Below, piece after piece: positions 1 to 15,680 of a DNA stretch of 64,000 bases. The stretch is from the human T2T-CHM13v2.0 reference genome, Homo sapiens, in NCBI RefSeq assembly GCF_009914755.1, contig NC_060934.1. One strand, given 5' to 3'. Made by a program: the position numbers and the translations under genes. Under the pieces are notes generated by a model. That model searched no databases and was not told the origin of the DNA. It saw only the letters and a program-made list of their open reading frames with translations. The stretch's first letter is position 1. Each line of letters opens with the position of its first letter.

Positions 1-106
1 AGAATCGCCTGAACCTGGGAGGCAGAGGTTGCAGTGAGCCAAGATCGTGCCACTGCACTCCAGCCTGGGTGACAGAGTGAAACTCCATCTCAAAAAAAAA
101 AAAAAA
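1..106 (+). mobile_element. Alu right-arm end with poly(A), partial
   Basis: Alu consensus 3' end. Confidence 0.9.
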
Positions 107-882
107 GAAGTAAAGTTAGATCATGAATAAAAGATTGGCAGCCAAATACCTTCTGTTTAAATAGAGATAAGCCTGAAATTGTGGTTTATTATAAAAGCTT
201 CATTTATCAGAATTGAGATGCTGCAGAATGACTCTTCTAGAATTGCCAACTTAGATTCATAATTTGTGTCCAGAGTCCACGATGAACCTTCCTGGGGGAT
301 GGAGGGGGCATGAGGAACCTGGCCTTGGAACCAGAGAGCATGCAGGCTTCCATCCTGTCCCCTCCAGCACCACCATATGACCACTTGAAAGGCACTTACC
401 TCCCTGATCCTCAGCACGTGGGCCCGGAACTCCAACCTTTTAAGACCCTTATGAGGCTTAAATGAGATCACACACATAAATCCTGCAGACCATGCCTTGC
501 ACCCAGAGTGTGCCTCCACACACTTCAGCTCTGTTCATATGACAAAAACATAATCCTATAATCCTCACAAAATTACCCATGTCTTCTTAACTATAAACCT
601 GATACATTTCTCAGGGGATAAGCAGAATAACCTAGCAAAAAAGGGGTCACAGTAAAGGTTAATGGAACAGCCCAAAGTCAAAGCCAGTGGAGCTACAAGA
701 CATGAACCCCTAAGGAGAAGAGCAGTTACAATGTGTGTGCCTCTGTGCAAGTCATTTTACACATAGCAAACTCAACAAATTGGTTACTGTGGAAGGAAAT
801 CGAAATGCTTCTAAAAACCAAAAAAACAAACATAAATAAAATGTGAAAGACGGCACCAGAAATCATCCATGTATTTTGCTGC

Positions 883-1244
883 TGATATGGTTTGGCTGTG
901 TCCCCACCCAAATCTCATGAATTGTAGCTCTCATAATTTCCATGTGTTATGTGAGGAACTGGTGGGAGATGATGGAATCACGGCGGGGAGGTTTCCCCCA
1001 TAATATTCTCGTGGTAGTGAATATGTCTCATGAGATCTGATGGTTTGATAAGGGGTTTCCCCTTTCGTTAGGCTCTCATTTTCTCTTGTCTGCCACCATG
1101 TAAGATGTGCCTTTAGCCTTCCACCATGATTGAGAGGCCTCCCCAGCCACATGGAACTGTGAGTCCATTAAACCTCTTCTTCTTTATGTTACCCAGCCTG
1201 ATAAAGGTGTGTCTTTATTAGCAGTGTGAAAATGGACTAATACA
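883..1244 (+). mobile_element. THE1B solo LTR (MaLR)
   Basis: Begins TGATATGGTTTGGCTGTGTCCCCACCC, ends GGACTAATACA; perfect 5-bp TSD GCTGC (878-882 / 1245-1249). Confidence 0.92.
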
Positions 1245-1554
1245 GCTGCCTAAATGTAAAGATATATGTACTAGACTTTATAGAGAGGCAGAAACAAATT
1301 CAAAGTAGCTAAAAGAAATTCTGCTCATTCATGAAGTCAAAGAAATTATCCAGTTCTCTGAGGACCGTGAAATCTGGATGAATTTTTCCTTTTCGTGATA
1401 ATTTTCTAACATTGGCCATTTTATATTAATATAAAATACATGTTTAACATTTTAACATCTCCATCTCAGGATGCAACTTACAATCAGAGACTTCTTTCTT
1501 TCTGACTGATACATAAAATAGTGGTGTGTCAAAGTAGATAGAATTTAAGATTCA

Positions 1555-1936
<382 letters not shown>

Positions 1937-2262
1937 GAAAGTAATGCAAAATAAATTGAAACTGCAGCCAAATTTCCTTAGAAAGCTATTATTATCATAG
2001 GTTTAAAAAGAACATGATCCAGTCAAAAAGAAAGAGGAAGAAGATAGGAGAACTTATGTCAAGACATATTACAAACACTAAAATAACCAAGGGGATGTGG
2101 TATTGGAGAAAGGATGGACACATTGATCAATGGTAGACAGTACAAAAATAGACTCACACTTAAAACAGTCAATTTTTAACACAGATGCAAAGGCATTTGA
2201 TAGAATAAGGATAGTCATTTCAACAAATGGTTCTAGAACATGGCAGCATGTGCATTGCATAT

Positions 2263-2314
2263 AGAAAGAAAGAAAAAGAAAGAAAGAAAGAAAGAAAAGA
2301 AAGAAAGAAAGAAA

Positions 2315-2354
<40 letters not shown>

Positions 2355-2438
2355 AAAGAAAGAAAGAAAAGAAAGGAAGGAAGGAAGGAAGGAAGGAAGA
2401 AAGGAAGGAAGGAAGGAAGGAAGGAAGGAAGGAAGGAA

Positions 2439-2499
<61 letters not shown>

Positions 2500-2507
2500 G
2501 AAGGAAG
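2263..2507 (+). repeat. Compound (GAAA)n/(GGAA)n purine microsatellite
   Basis: Pure A/G tract; a second purine tract lies at ~2790-2898. Confidence 0.95.
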
Positions 2508-2509
2508 CA

Positions 2510-2903
<394 letters not shown>

Positions 2904-3389
2904 CTAACCCTTACCTCACACTATATACAAAAATTAACTATGGAATTGGGTTAGGCAAAAACTTCTTAAATATGATGCCCAAAACACCATCATAAATTTT
3001 TTATGTTAAATTAAATTTCATCAAATTTCAAAAGTGCTTTAAATCTTCAATCTAAAGACTGCGAGAAATTATTTGCAAAACATGCATCTGACAAAGGAAT
3101 GTTGTCTACAGTTTACAAACTAGTCTTACTTTCAATCATAAGAAAACAAATATTCCAAGTAAAAAATGGGCCAATGATTTGGACAGACACTTCTCTAAAG
3201 ATGACACACAGATGGCAATAAGCACATGGAAAGGTGCTGAATATCAGAGTAATTAGGGAGACACAATTGAAAGCCAGTGTGAGATACCACTACACACGCA
3301 CACATCTCAAGAGGTGACCCTACCAATTGTTGGTGAGAATGTAAAACACCTGGAACTCTCAGATACTGCTGGTGGAAATGAAAAATGGT

Positions 3390-5177
3390 GAGTGCTCAAT
3401 GGTGCCCAGGCTGGAGTGCAGTGGCGTGATCTCGGCTCACTACAACCTACACCTCCCAGCCGCCTGCCTTGGCCTCCCAAAGTGCCGAGATTGCAGCCTC
3501 TGCCCGGCCGCCACCCCGTCTGGGAAGTGAGGAGTGTCTCTGCCTGGCCGCCCATCGTCTGGGATGTGAGGAGCCCCTCTGCCTGGCTGCCCAGTCTGGA
3601 AAGTGAGGAGCGTCTCCGCCCGGCCGCCATCCCATCTAGGAAGTGAGGAGCGCCTCTTCCCAGCCGCCATCACATCTAGGAAGTGAGGAGCGTCTCTGCC
3701 CCGCCGCCCATTGTCTGAGATGTGGGGAGCGCCTCTGCCCCGCCGCCCCATCTGGGATGTGAGGAGCGCCTCTGCCCGGCTGAGACCCCGTCTGGGAGGT
3801 GACGAGCGTCTCTGCCCGGCCGCCCCGTCTGAGAAGTGAGGAGACCCTCTGCCTGGCAACCACCCCGTCTGAGAAGTGAGGAGCCCCTCCGCCCGGCAGC
3901 TGCCCCGTCTGAGAAGTGAGGAGCCTCTCCGCCCGGCAGCCACCCCATCTGGGAAGTGAGGAGCGTCTCCGCCCAGCAGCCACCCCGTCCGGGAGGGAGG
4001 TGGGGGGGGGTCAGCCCCCCGCCCGGCCAGCCGCCCCATCCGGGAGGGAGGTGGGGGGTCAGCCCCCCCGCCCGGCCAGCCGTGCCATCCGGGAGGGGGG
4101 GGCGGTCAGCCCCCCGCCTGGCCAGCCGTGCCGTCTGGGAGGGAGGTGGGGGGGTCAGCCCCCCGCCCGGCCAGCCGCCCCGTCCGGGAGGGAGATGTGG
4201 GGGTCAGCCTCCCGCCTGGCCAGCCGCCCCGTCCGGGAGGGAGGTGGGGGGGTCAGCCTCCCGCCTGGCCAGCCGCCCCGTCCGGGAGGGAGGTGGGGGG
4301 GTCAGCCCCCCGCCTGGCCAGCCGCCCCGTCCGGGAGGGAGGTGGGGGGGTCAGCCCTCCGCCCGGCCAACCGCCCCGTCTGGGAGGTGAGGGGCGCCTC
4401 TGCCCGGCCGCCCCTACTGGGAAGTGAGGAGCCCCTCTGCCCGGCCAGCCGCCCCATCCGGGAGGGAGGTGGGGGGGTCAGCCCCCCTGCCCGGCCAGCC
4501 GCCCCGTCCGGGAGGGAGGTGGGGGTGTCGGCCCCCCGCCCGGCCAGCCGCCCCGTCCGGGAGGTAAGGGGCGCCTCTGCCCGGCCGCCCCTACTGGGAA
4601 GTGAGGAGCCCCTCTGCCCGGCCACCACCCCGTCTGGGAGGTGTGCCCAACAGCTCATTGAGAACGGGCCAGGATGACAATGGCGGCTTTGTGGAATAGA
4701 AAGGCGGGAAAGGTGGGGAAAAGATTGAGAAATCGGATGGTTGCCGTGTCTGTGTAGAAAGAAGTAGACATGGGAGACTTTTCATTTTGTTCTGCACTAA
4801 GAAAAATTCCTCTGCCTTGGGATCCTGTTGATCTGTGACCTTACCCCCAACCCTGTGCTCTCTGAAACATGTGCTGTGTCCACTCAGGGTTAAAAGGATT
4901 AAGGGTGGTGCAAGATGTGCTTTGTTAAACAGATGCTTGAAGGCAGCATGCTCGTTAAGAGTCATCACCACTCCCTAATCTCAAGTAATCAGGGACACAA
5001 ACACTGCGGAAGGCCACAGGGTCCTCTGCCTAGGAAAACCAGAGACCTTTGTTCACTTGTTTATCTGCTGACCTTCCCTCCACTATTGTCCCATGACCCT
5101 GCCAAATCCCCCTCTGTGAGAAACACCCAAGAATTATCAATAAAAAAATAAATTTTAAAAAAAAAAAAAAAAAAAAA
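3390..5177 (+). mobile_element. SVA retrotransposon, 5'-truncated, SVA_F-like
   Basis: Alu-like start, GC-rich VNTR (~3480-4640), SINE-R (~4650-5140), AATAAA and poly(A); TSD GAAAAATGGT (3380-3389 / 5178-5187); no CCCTCT hexamers. SINE-R variants (caagtaatcaggg, gtcccatgacc, gaattatcaataaa) match the recalled SVA_F consensus. Confidence 0.95.
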
Positions 5178-5297
5178 GAAAAATGGTACAACGAGTTTGG
5201 AAAACAGTTTGACCATTTCTTTAAAAATTAAAAATATACCTTCCATATAACCCCATCATTTCCCTCCTAGGTATTTCTGTAAAAGAAATGACAGCAC

Positions 5298-5635
5298 CTG
5301 GGCATAGTGGTGCATGCCTGTAATCCCAGTGCTTTGGGAGACCAAACCAAGAGGTCTGCTTGAGCCCAGGAGTTCGAGACCAGCCTGGGCAACAGAGGGA
5401 GATCCTGTCTCTATGAAAAAAAAAAATGAAAAAACAATTAGCCAGGCAAGGTGGCATGTGTCTGTAGTCCCAGTTACTAGGGAGGTGGAGGTAGGAGGAC
5501 TACTTGAGCCTGGGAGGTCTGCTTGAGCCCAGGAGGTCAAGGCTGCAGTGAGCCATAATTGCACCACTGCATTCTAGCCTGAGCAACAGAGCAACATCCT
5601 GTCTCAAAAAAAAAAGAAAAAAAGAAAAAAAGAAA
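5298..5635 (+). mobile_element. AluJ with short internal duplication
   Basis: ttgagcccaggag, gaggtcaaggctgcagtgagc; TSD-like aaatga(c/t)ag. Confidence 0.85.
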
Positions 5636-5676
5636 AATGATAGTCTATTTCTACACAAATATTTGCACACTAATAT

Positions 5677-6141
5677 ATTTTTTAATTTATTATTATACTT
5701 TAAGTTTTAGGGTACATGTGCACAATGTGCAGGTCAGTTACATATGTATACATGTGCCATGCTGGTGCACTGCACCCACTAACTCGTCATTTACATTAGG
5801 TATATCTCCTAATGCTATCCCTCCCCCCTCCCCCCACCCCACAATAGTCCCCAGAGTGTGATATTCCCCTTCCTGTGTCCATGTGTTCTCATTGTTCAAT
5901 TCCCACCTATGAGTGAGAATATGTGGTGTTTGGTTTTTTGTTCTTGCGATAGTTTACTGAGAATGATGATTTCCAATTTCATCCATGTCCCTGCAAAGGA
6001 CGTGAACTCATCATTTTTTATGGCTGCATAGTATTCCATGGTGTATATGTGCCACATTTTCTTAAACCAGTCTATCATTGTTGGACATTTGGGTTGGTTC
6101 CAAATCTTTGCTATTGTGAATAATGCCGCAATAAACATACG
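5677..6141 (-). mobile_element. L1PA (approx. PA2-4) 3' end, 5'-truncated
   Basis: Reverse L1 3'UTR and ORF2 C-terminus (track ORF MFIAALFTIAK...IGGN); TSD TGCACACTAATAT (5664-5676 / 6142-6154). Confidence 0.93.
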
Positions 6142-6974
6142 TGCACACTAATATTTATTGTAGCTTTATTTGTGACAACTAACACCTAGAAACGACCTAG
6201 ATATCCACCAGCAAGTCAATGGCTAGACCAATCAGGATGTATTGGTGCAATGGAGGAGGGCTCGGCAATGAAAGGGCAGCAGCTGCTGATGCGTCCTGTG
6301 TTGCTGAATCTCGAACACATCACACTGAGCAAGAACAGCTGGCAGCAGAACAGCAGGCACTGTATGATTCCATGTTGCACAATTCAAGAAGATGCAGACA
6401 CATCTATAATGCCAGGAAGCAGCTCTTCCTGGCAAGGGGCTCGCGGAGAGCGAGTGACGGAGAACTCTGGGGTGATAGGAGCCTCGTTTTTCTGACTGTG
6501 GTCTAAGTCTCGCTGGTGTGGAGATAAGTCAGAACTCCTCACCGTGTAGGTTTTAAAGATGTGCAGTTTACTGTGCACCAGTTATGCCACAGTAAAGCTC
6601 TAAGCCAGGACGAAAAGAAGACTAAAACACTGGCAAGAAATCCAACACTTTTCGTCCTATTTTGGGCTCAAAAATATACGATAATCTTTTTAGATTTGAA
6701 GGTAGATTCAGGCTAAAATACTGAGCTCAGAGGTGGTTCCTCAAATGTCCATGTCCTAAAGGAGAGTGCATTCTTATAATAAGTTGGTTGTGAGTTATTT
6801 TAAATCCATATCACATATCAGAAAGTACATTGCATTGAAAGTGATCAAAAGCCACCTTATGTAATGGGGACCTGTAAACAGCTACAGGTTTGGAAGAGAA
6901 AATTTCTGAGAAAATATCCAAATCTATTCTTTTTGGGAATGATTCACTTTTACTCTTCGTGTACGTGTGTGTGT

Positions 6975-7258
<284 letters not shown>

Positions 7259-7933
7259 TAATCTTTTAATCAGGAAATCAGCAGGACCTTTGAGAGAAGC
7301 AACTTAGGGCTCTAGACTCCTTTACAGGTTTCATGGGGCTCTGGGGCCATCTTGTGGTGACGAGCAGGCGCATAGAGCACGAGAAAGAAGAGAAAGAAGG
7401 GGAGAAAGGCGTCACAGGCTGTCAGCGAGTACAGTTATGTAAAGATGAGGGTCTTTTAAAAAAGCTTAGGTTACTTAGTAATCGATAATACAGAAGCGAT
7501 TAAAGTCTTTCTCAAATTTTACTACGCATAAGAATCACCCAACAAGTCCTGTTTAAATGAAGTGTGTGATTCAGCATTTCTTGGGGAGGCTTCATTCCTG
7601 CCTCTCTCATGCCCCATTCAGAATGCCCAGTGCAGATTGCAGGCCAGGCTCTGAGCAGCAGGCAGGGCTTAGAAGGTGAGGAAGAGAGACAGACACGAAT
7701 TCCCAAGGGTTGAAGTTAGTATCTTGAGCTGAACCCCAAGCCTCCTAGCATTGTGTCCCATGCATGCACAGTCCCAGCCTTTTGGATTGGAGTGAGACAC
7801 AGGACCCCGTGAGCATGAGGGCAGCTGAGGCTTCCACAGAAGCTGAGTGGGGTGGGGACTCCGGGCACTCCTCATTCTCATAGCAGGGAGCTTACCAGAC
7901 GCTCCAAAAACTAAAGAAGTCCAAAGTCAACTA

Positions 7934-8645
<712 letters not shown>

Positions 8646-10030
8646 TAGGTATATATTTTCTAAATTCCAAATTTGTCTAGCTAGCTAGGGAATGCAGCAA
8701 AAGAAAGGTGTCTAGAGCCCCATTTGTTCCAATACAATAAACATGGAAAGGACACATAGTTCAGCTAACACTGATTGAAGATGTCCCATGTTTGAGGCAG
8801 GCTATAGGGGTGATGGGGTCCCTACTGAACATTGTGCAAAGAAACACAGCCGCCATCCTCAAAAAGGCTGGCATCGTGGTGGGGTAAAGTCTATTCAAAA
8901 TGCCTCGTGGATGAATCTGGCACTTCCCTTACGAGCACAGTGCCACGTCCACGCTGCTGTTTGTCTTACAAATGGACCATTTGGGATCTGGTCCCAGTCT
9001 AAAGAAGTAACGAAGTAACAAGGAGGCGTCCTCCTCACAACAAAGAAAGGTGGGAGGGAGGGACGGGGAGAAAGAGCTAGAGAGACAGAGAGAAAACAGA
9101 TGGATCATTTCCCCAATCAGTAAGAAACTTTCAAAATATTTTAATACCTTCTTTTAAATATGATTCACTCAAACTATTTTTTTAAAACCATGAATCACGC
9201 CAAGAAATGAATCTAATTTGACCCACACGCGGGCTGAAATCAGTTTCACAAAGAGGTTGTTACTCTTACTCAATGTGGTGCATTCAGGTATTTTTTGTTC
9301 TATTTCATTGCATTAAACAAAAAGAATGCTGGTCACTGCCTACCAAGAGGCTCATACAGCTCACTGACTAACTCAGGGGTACTTGTCATTCCTGGACACT
9401 TGGTCCCCAGCCCACCCGGCTCTCCTCTCTAGGAAGCAAGCTGCCTGAGGCTATTTTAAGTGCTCTCCTTTCTCCACCAAGAATTGGAATCTGCCCAGCT
9501 GAGCCCCAGACGCTGGAGGGGTCCCGGGGGTCAGTCAGCCCTGCACCACCCTCCAGCTCCTCTTCTGGCCATACAAGGAAGTCCAGTGTGGGGATGACTA
9601 AGCAGCTGACCCGGGGCGGGGGAGGGCAGCCCTGGAGCGGGAGGCAGGGCCGGCCTCTCCTGCCAGCCATCAGCCCCTGCGGGCTTGTCCTGTGGTGAAA
9701 AGTCCCAGGCCTCCACCCAGGCAGCACCTGACCTCTCTGCTCCCTGAGAGGAGTGAAGTGGACCTCAAGGTCTGGAGGTGGAGGCACGGCCTTGCACTGA
9801 CATCAGGCCCTAAGCTCTAGTTCTACACAGAGATAGCCCATCTGTCCTGGCCTCCCGGGGGCTCCCAGGGGCAGGGAGATCTGGCCTGGCCTTCCCAGCA
9901 ATGCGTGCCTCAGTGGAGAAACCCCAGCTTCCCAGCATTAGGACACACACTCTCTCTCACACCCTCCGTGGTTCCCACTGACCTCACTGCAAAGTCCACA
10001 GTAGAAACTCACAGAGACCTGCTGAAGAGG

Positions 10031-10260
10031 CACCTGCCCAGCTGTCAGCCTGTTCCTCCACCTGCTCCCCCAACCTGCCCTCTCACCTGCTGTCTACACT
10101 CATTCCCCCCACCTGCTCTCTCACCTTCCTCTTCCACCCGCTCCTCCCACCTGCTCTCTCACCTGCTGTCTACACCTGCTCCCCCCACCTGCTCTCTCAC
10201 CTGTTGTCTACACCTGCTCCCCCCACCTGCTCTCTCACCTGCTGTCTACACCTGTTCTCT
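10031..10260. repeat. 38-bp minisatellite rich in CACCTG
   Basis: Unit cacctgctctctcacctgctgtctacacctgctccccc; clearest copies start at 10148, 10186 and 10224. Confidence 0.85.
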
Positions 10261-11309
10261 GCTCTGGCTGCCCCCACCCATCCATCTCCCCCACACCCTT
10301 CTTGGACACTGCCCGGTGCTGCCCAGCTCCCTCACACAACACTGCCCCTCCCCACTCATGTCCTGCTTCCTCGATGGTCTTCCCAGAGGAGGCCCCACGT
10401 TCTCAGCCCCTACCTGTTCCTCAGGTCACCATTTCCTGGAGCCACCTTCCATCCCCCAGAACTCAGCTGGGCCCTGCAGACATGTACATGCTACCAGGTG
10501 ACCTGTGGCCACTCCTCCTGCAAAGCTTTTCCAGGTGTCTCTGTTTTTCTTGTTCCTCAGAACGATAAAAGTTCCCAGATCCCAGGGACTTTCAGGCTGC
10601 TCCCACCACAGAGCTGGCCAGCATCCTTTGAGGCAGAGAGATGCTAGGGGTAAGTCCATGAGGCGGGGCCTGTCTCCGGGGCTGGGAACCTGGAGTCACT
10701 GAACCGGGAGGCCAGCATGTTGCCCAGGGCTTCGCCTTCCCGCTGTGGTTTGAAAGACAGGAATGCTAATGAGGTTTCCTTAACCTCCTAAGTGAGTGTG
10801 TGTGTGTATGTGAATATACGCACGTACACACACTCACACTCACACACACACACACCAGCCCCTGTAAACAAGGCTGCAGGTTCCAGAGAAGATGGCTCCC
10901 TCAACCCACAGAGAATTAAGACAAATCCTCATGAAGCCACGAGCAGAAGTCGGGGGGAAATCATTAACTCTGAATGAGAATCTCAGGAATTCATAAACAT
11001 GATCTGAAATTACCCATCTCCAGGGAAGGGTTCCAGAAGTCTATTTTGTAGGAAGAAACTTGAGGACCCACTGTTAATAAAATTAGAGTCATTCCTGGAA
11101 TGTTGCCAGGATATAGCTTACAAGATAGAAAAACAAGCTATAATCATAGGAGTGTATTTTTAAAAAAAATAGAATAACAGTCAGAAGATGGTCATATTCT
11201 AGAAGAGCTGCAGGAATAAGGGAATCATATGCTCCAAAACCCTTTAGAGAAGGTACGCTCGGGCTCCAGACAGTTGGCCTGGTTCTTTGGACAAAAGTGG
11301 TGAATTGGT

Positions 11310-11515
11310 CCTCTCTCTCTCTCTCTCTCTTTCTCCCTCTCTCTGTCCTTTCCTCCCTCCCTCTATCCATCCCTTTCTCTCTCTCTCCCTCTCTCTCTGT
11401 CTCTCCCTCCCTCCCTTTCTCCCTTTCTATCTCCCTCTACCTCTCTCTCTCTCTCTCCGTCTCCCACTCTCCCCCTCTCTCTCTGTCTCCCTGCCTGCTT
11501 CTCTCTCCCCTCCCC
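11310..11515. repeat. CT-rich polypyrimidine tract
   Basis: Directly visible (CT)n/(CCCT)n. Confidence 0.9.
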
Positions 11516-12097
11516 GCATCCCACACACATCATGGTAGAAACGCCGCTTGGTATCATCCCACATCCTCTGTGCCCATCCTCTTCTGCCAACCCACCCTCT
11601 GATCTGTATACGGGTCCCTGGTTTATTCTGTCCACCCGAAAAATCTCAGCCCTGCAGGTAGAAGATGCTGCTGTTCTATTTCCATGATGCCAAATGCCTA
11701 GAAATTAAGGGAAAAACCCATTCACCAAAAAAAAAAAAGGACCTTATGGAGAATCCTAGCATTTACTTCTGTTATGCTCCTTTTTTTTTTTTTCCTTTTT
11801 TTTTTAGGGTCTCAGTCCTGGGAAGCTCTGGGATGAACATGGCTCCTGAGCATAGACACCACCCTGACAGAGGCTCGTGCGTGTTCAGCTTCATCCTCGG
11901 AACTTTACACTCACGCTTGACTCACTCCACTTTCTGTGTCTTTTTTTTTTTTTTTTTTTTTTTTGGCCTGACTTTTAAAAAAACAATCTGAGAATAAAGT
12001 GTAAAAAGAAAGTTTCTGAATCCTTAACTGAGGTCAAAATCTTGGAGCGAAAGCCAAAGATGCAGTGGCCAAGAAGCCCGGGGAACGGGGGGCGCCC

Positions 12098-12205
12098 CCC
12101 AACCCAGAATCAGTCACCAGTGGGGAGAAAACCCCCGAACCCAGAATCAGTCAGCAGTGGAGAGAAAACCCCCGAACCCAGAACCAGTCAGCAGTGGGGA
12201 GAAAA
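12098..12205. repeat. ~35-bp tandem repeat x3
   Basis: Unit aacccagaatcagtcagcagtggggagaaaacccccg. Confidence 0.85.
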
Positions 12206-12761
12206 CAAGAGCTTCTATGTGCGGCTCCCTGACGAGCACTTGGAAAGCAAATGCGTTTCAGCCCAGAAGAAGGTCAAGTGAGGAAATGCCCTAAATGGGG
12301 CTTATTCCTTGCCCAGCCCTGAGACTGGGCTGGAGGCCCCAGGCAGGAGAGGGAGGGCCAGGCCGTTTCAGGCTGTCACCACAGAAAATGCTGATGGACC
12401 AGGAGGCTGCAGAGTGAGTCGACCTTTCTGCCCTCTATGCAGAGGCCCAGCCCTTGTGGGCGGACCTCCTGACTCCCTCTTCTTACTTAGTCTGGCTACT
12501 GTTGGCATATTAAAGTTGGTGATCATTTTGAACATGAGTGCTAAACTGAATTTTGTTAATTCTAATAATTTATCAAAGCATTTTACTATTTCTAGGAAAC
12601 AGAATTACATTGTCCTCAGAATAATTTTGTCTTTCTTGTTAATAATAATAGTCCTTCAGTCTCCCTGCCTTCCCACTGGGTGTGAGCGCATCTCTGCCAA
12701 TGTGGGGCATGAGAACGGATGCCAGAGGCAGACCAAGCAGTTCAGAGGCTATAGCAGCAAT

Positions 12762-13080
<319 letters not shown>

Positions 13081-14347
13081 CATTGTGGCATCTTAATCAC
13101 AGAGCAAAGAAGGCCTGGACCCAGCACGAAGATGATGAAAAGGGGGAAGAGCAGCTGTCTCACCTACGGTGTTGCCAGGAGCTTCCAACTTCGAACATAA
13201 GGGACACTAAGTAGCTTTCCCAATAAAACAACTGAGTTGTTGGATAAAACCTACAAAAATACATCTTTGTAAGTGCACGACTGGGCTGGCATTGAAGGAT
13301 GGAATCCACAGCAGTCAATAAAGAATTGGCAGGAACCAAAGTGGAATTTTTTTTCTGTTTAGACAGTTGCACAGAGGACAGGGCATCAGAAAGAAAACCG
13401 GACGCCTCTCCAAAATGAGGTTGGAAATCTGACATCTTAGACTTAAAATAAAAGCCCACCTTAGAGCAGGAGCAGCAAGGAGAGCACCTGTCCCTGCATT
13501 GGTGCTGGGTGGAGGGAAAACCACTGACCCTGAGAACCAGTGAGAAACAGTCCTCCAGGAGTTCATGCTGGAAGACATCAAGAGCATGGGTCAAATTGAC
13601 GTGGCACCAGGTGGCTGCTAGCTTCACCTCTACCCCATGTGAGCAGAAAATCCTTGCTGAAACAATGCAACTCTGTCCTCAAAATATCTCCCCACATAAA
13701 ATTCCAAGGAAGATAAGTCCAGGTGCAAAAAGTTACAAAACATAAGTAAACAAAGTACTGTGGATACATCCAATAATTCAAGAAACAAATTCAGCAGAGC
13801 CACAAAAATCCAAAAGGTGGAAAAGATCAACTGCTGGCAAAGTATCCACTGCTGTTGCAGCTGTGAAGAGACTGTATTTCATAAAAAGCTCTGTGGCCTC
13901 ACATTTGCCTTCTCAGGCATGTCCCCCCAGAAATGCCCTTGCACTGTCTTGTCCAAGAGACACATATGGGGCAAGAATATTTAGGCAGTGATTGTAGAAA
14001 TAGAAAACACCTGAAAGCCATCCAAATACACCTCTATCAAGGAAAAAAGCTGGCATAGTCACATTGTGGAATATTATACAACAGTGAAAATGAACTGCAG
14101 TTAAAAGCATCAACAATGAAAAATTACAGTGAACAAAGGAAATTACTGAAAAATACACTGCTATTCCATATACAGTACACAAACCATATGACTTTGCTTA
14201 ATAATATACACAGAAATGATAAACCTTATGAAAAGCAAGACAAATATTAACACATGAGTCCTATGTATGGGTGAAGAAGGGAGACCCAGGTGATCAAGGA
14301 AGGGCATATTGTAGCCTTTCAAGACACTCGATGCTAAAGGATGATGA

Positions 14348-14697
<350 letters not shown>

Positions 14698-14938
14698 AAG
14701 TTTTATAGACTCTTATGTGTCATATATTTCATAATTAAACATAAAAAAAGCATTTACTGTAGTTTGTAAATGAAAGAGCAATAAAAAATGTTGCAAACTT
14801 TTAAACATAAAACCTGTCGTATAGCTCATAGTGACCCTCATATTAAGCTGTGGTAAATTCCAAGTGTATTTCATTGTAATTATCTAAAAACTAGGTGAAC
14901 AGATGAAAAATTGAGTTCAGTTTTAAAACAAGATCGTA

Positions 14939-15680
<742 letters not shown>

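Noticed and set aside
3307-5151. Many Pro/Gly/Arg-rich ORFs
   Set aside because: SVA VNTR and SINE-R sequence; SVAs are non-coding.
5896-6138. ORF resembling the L1 ORF2 C-terminus
   Set aside because: Part of a 5'-truncated L1PA; not an independent gene.
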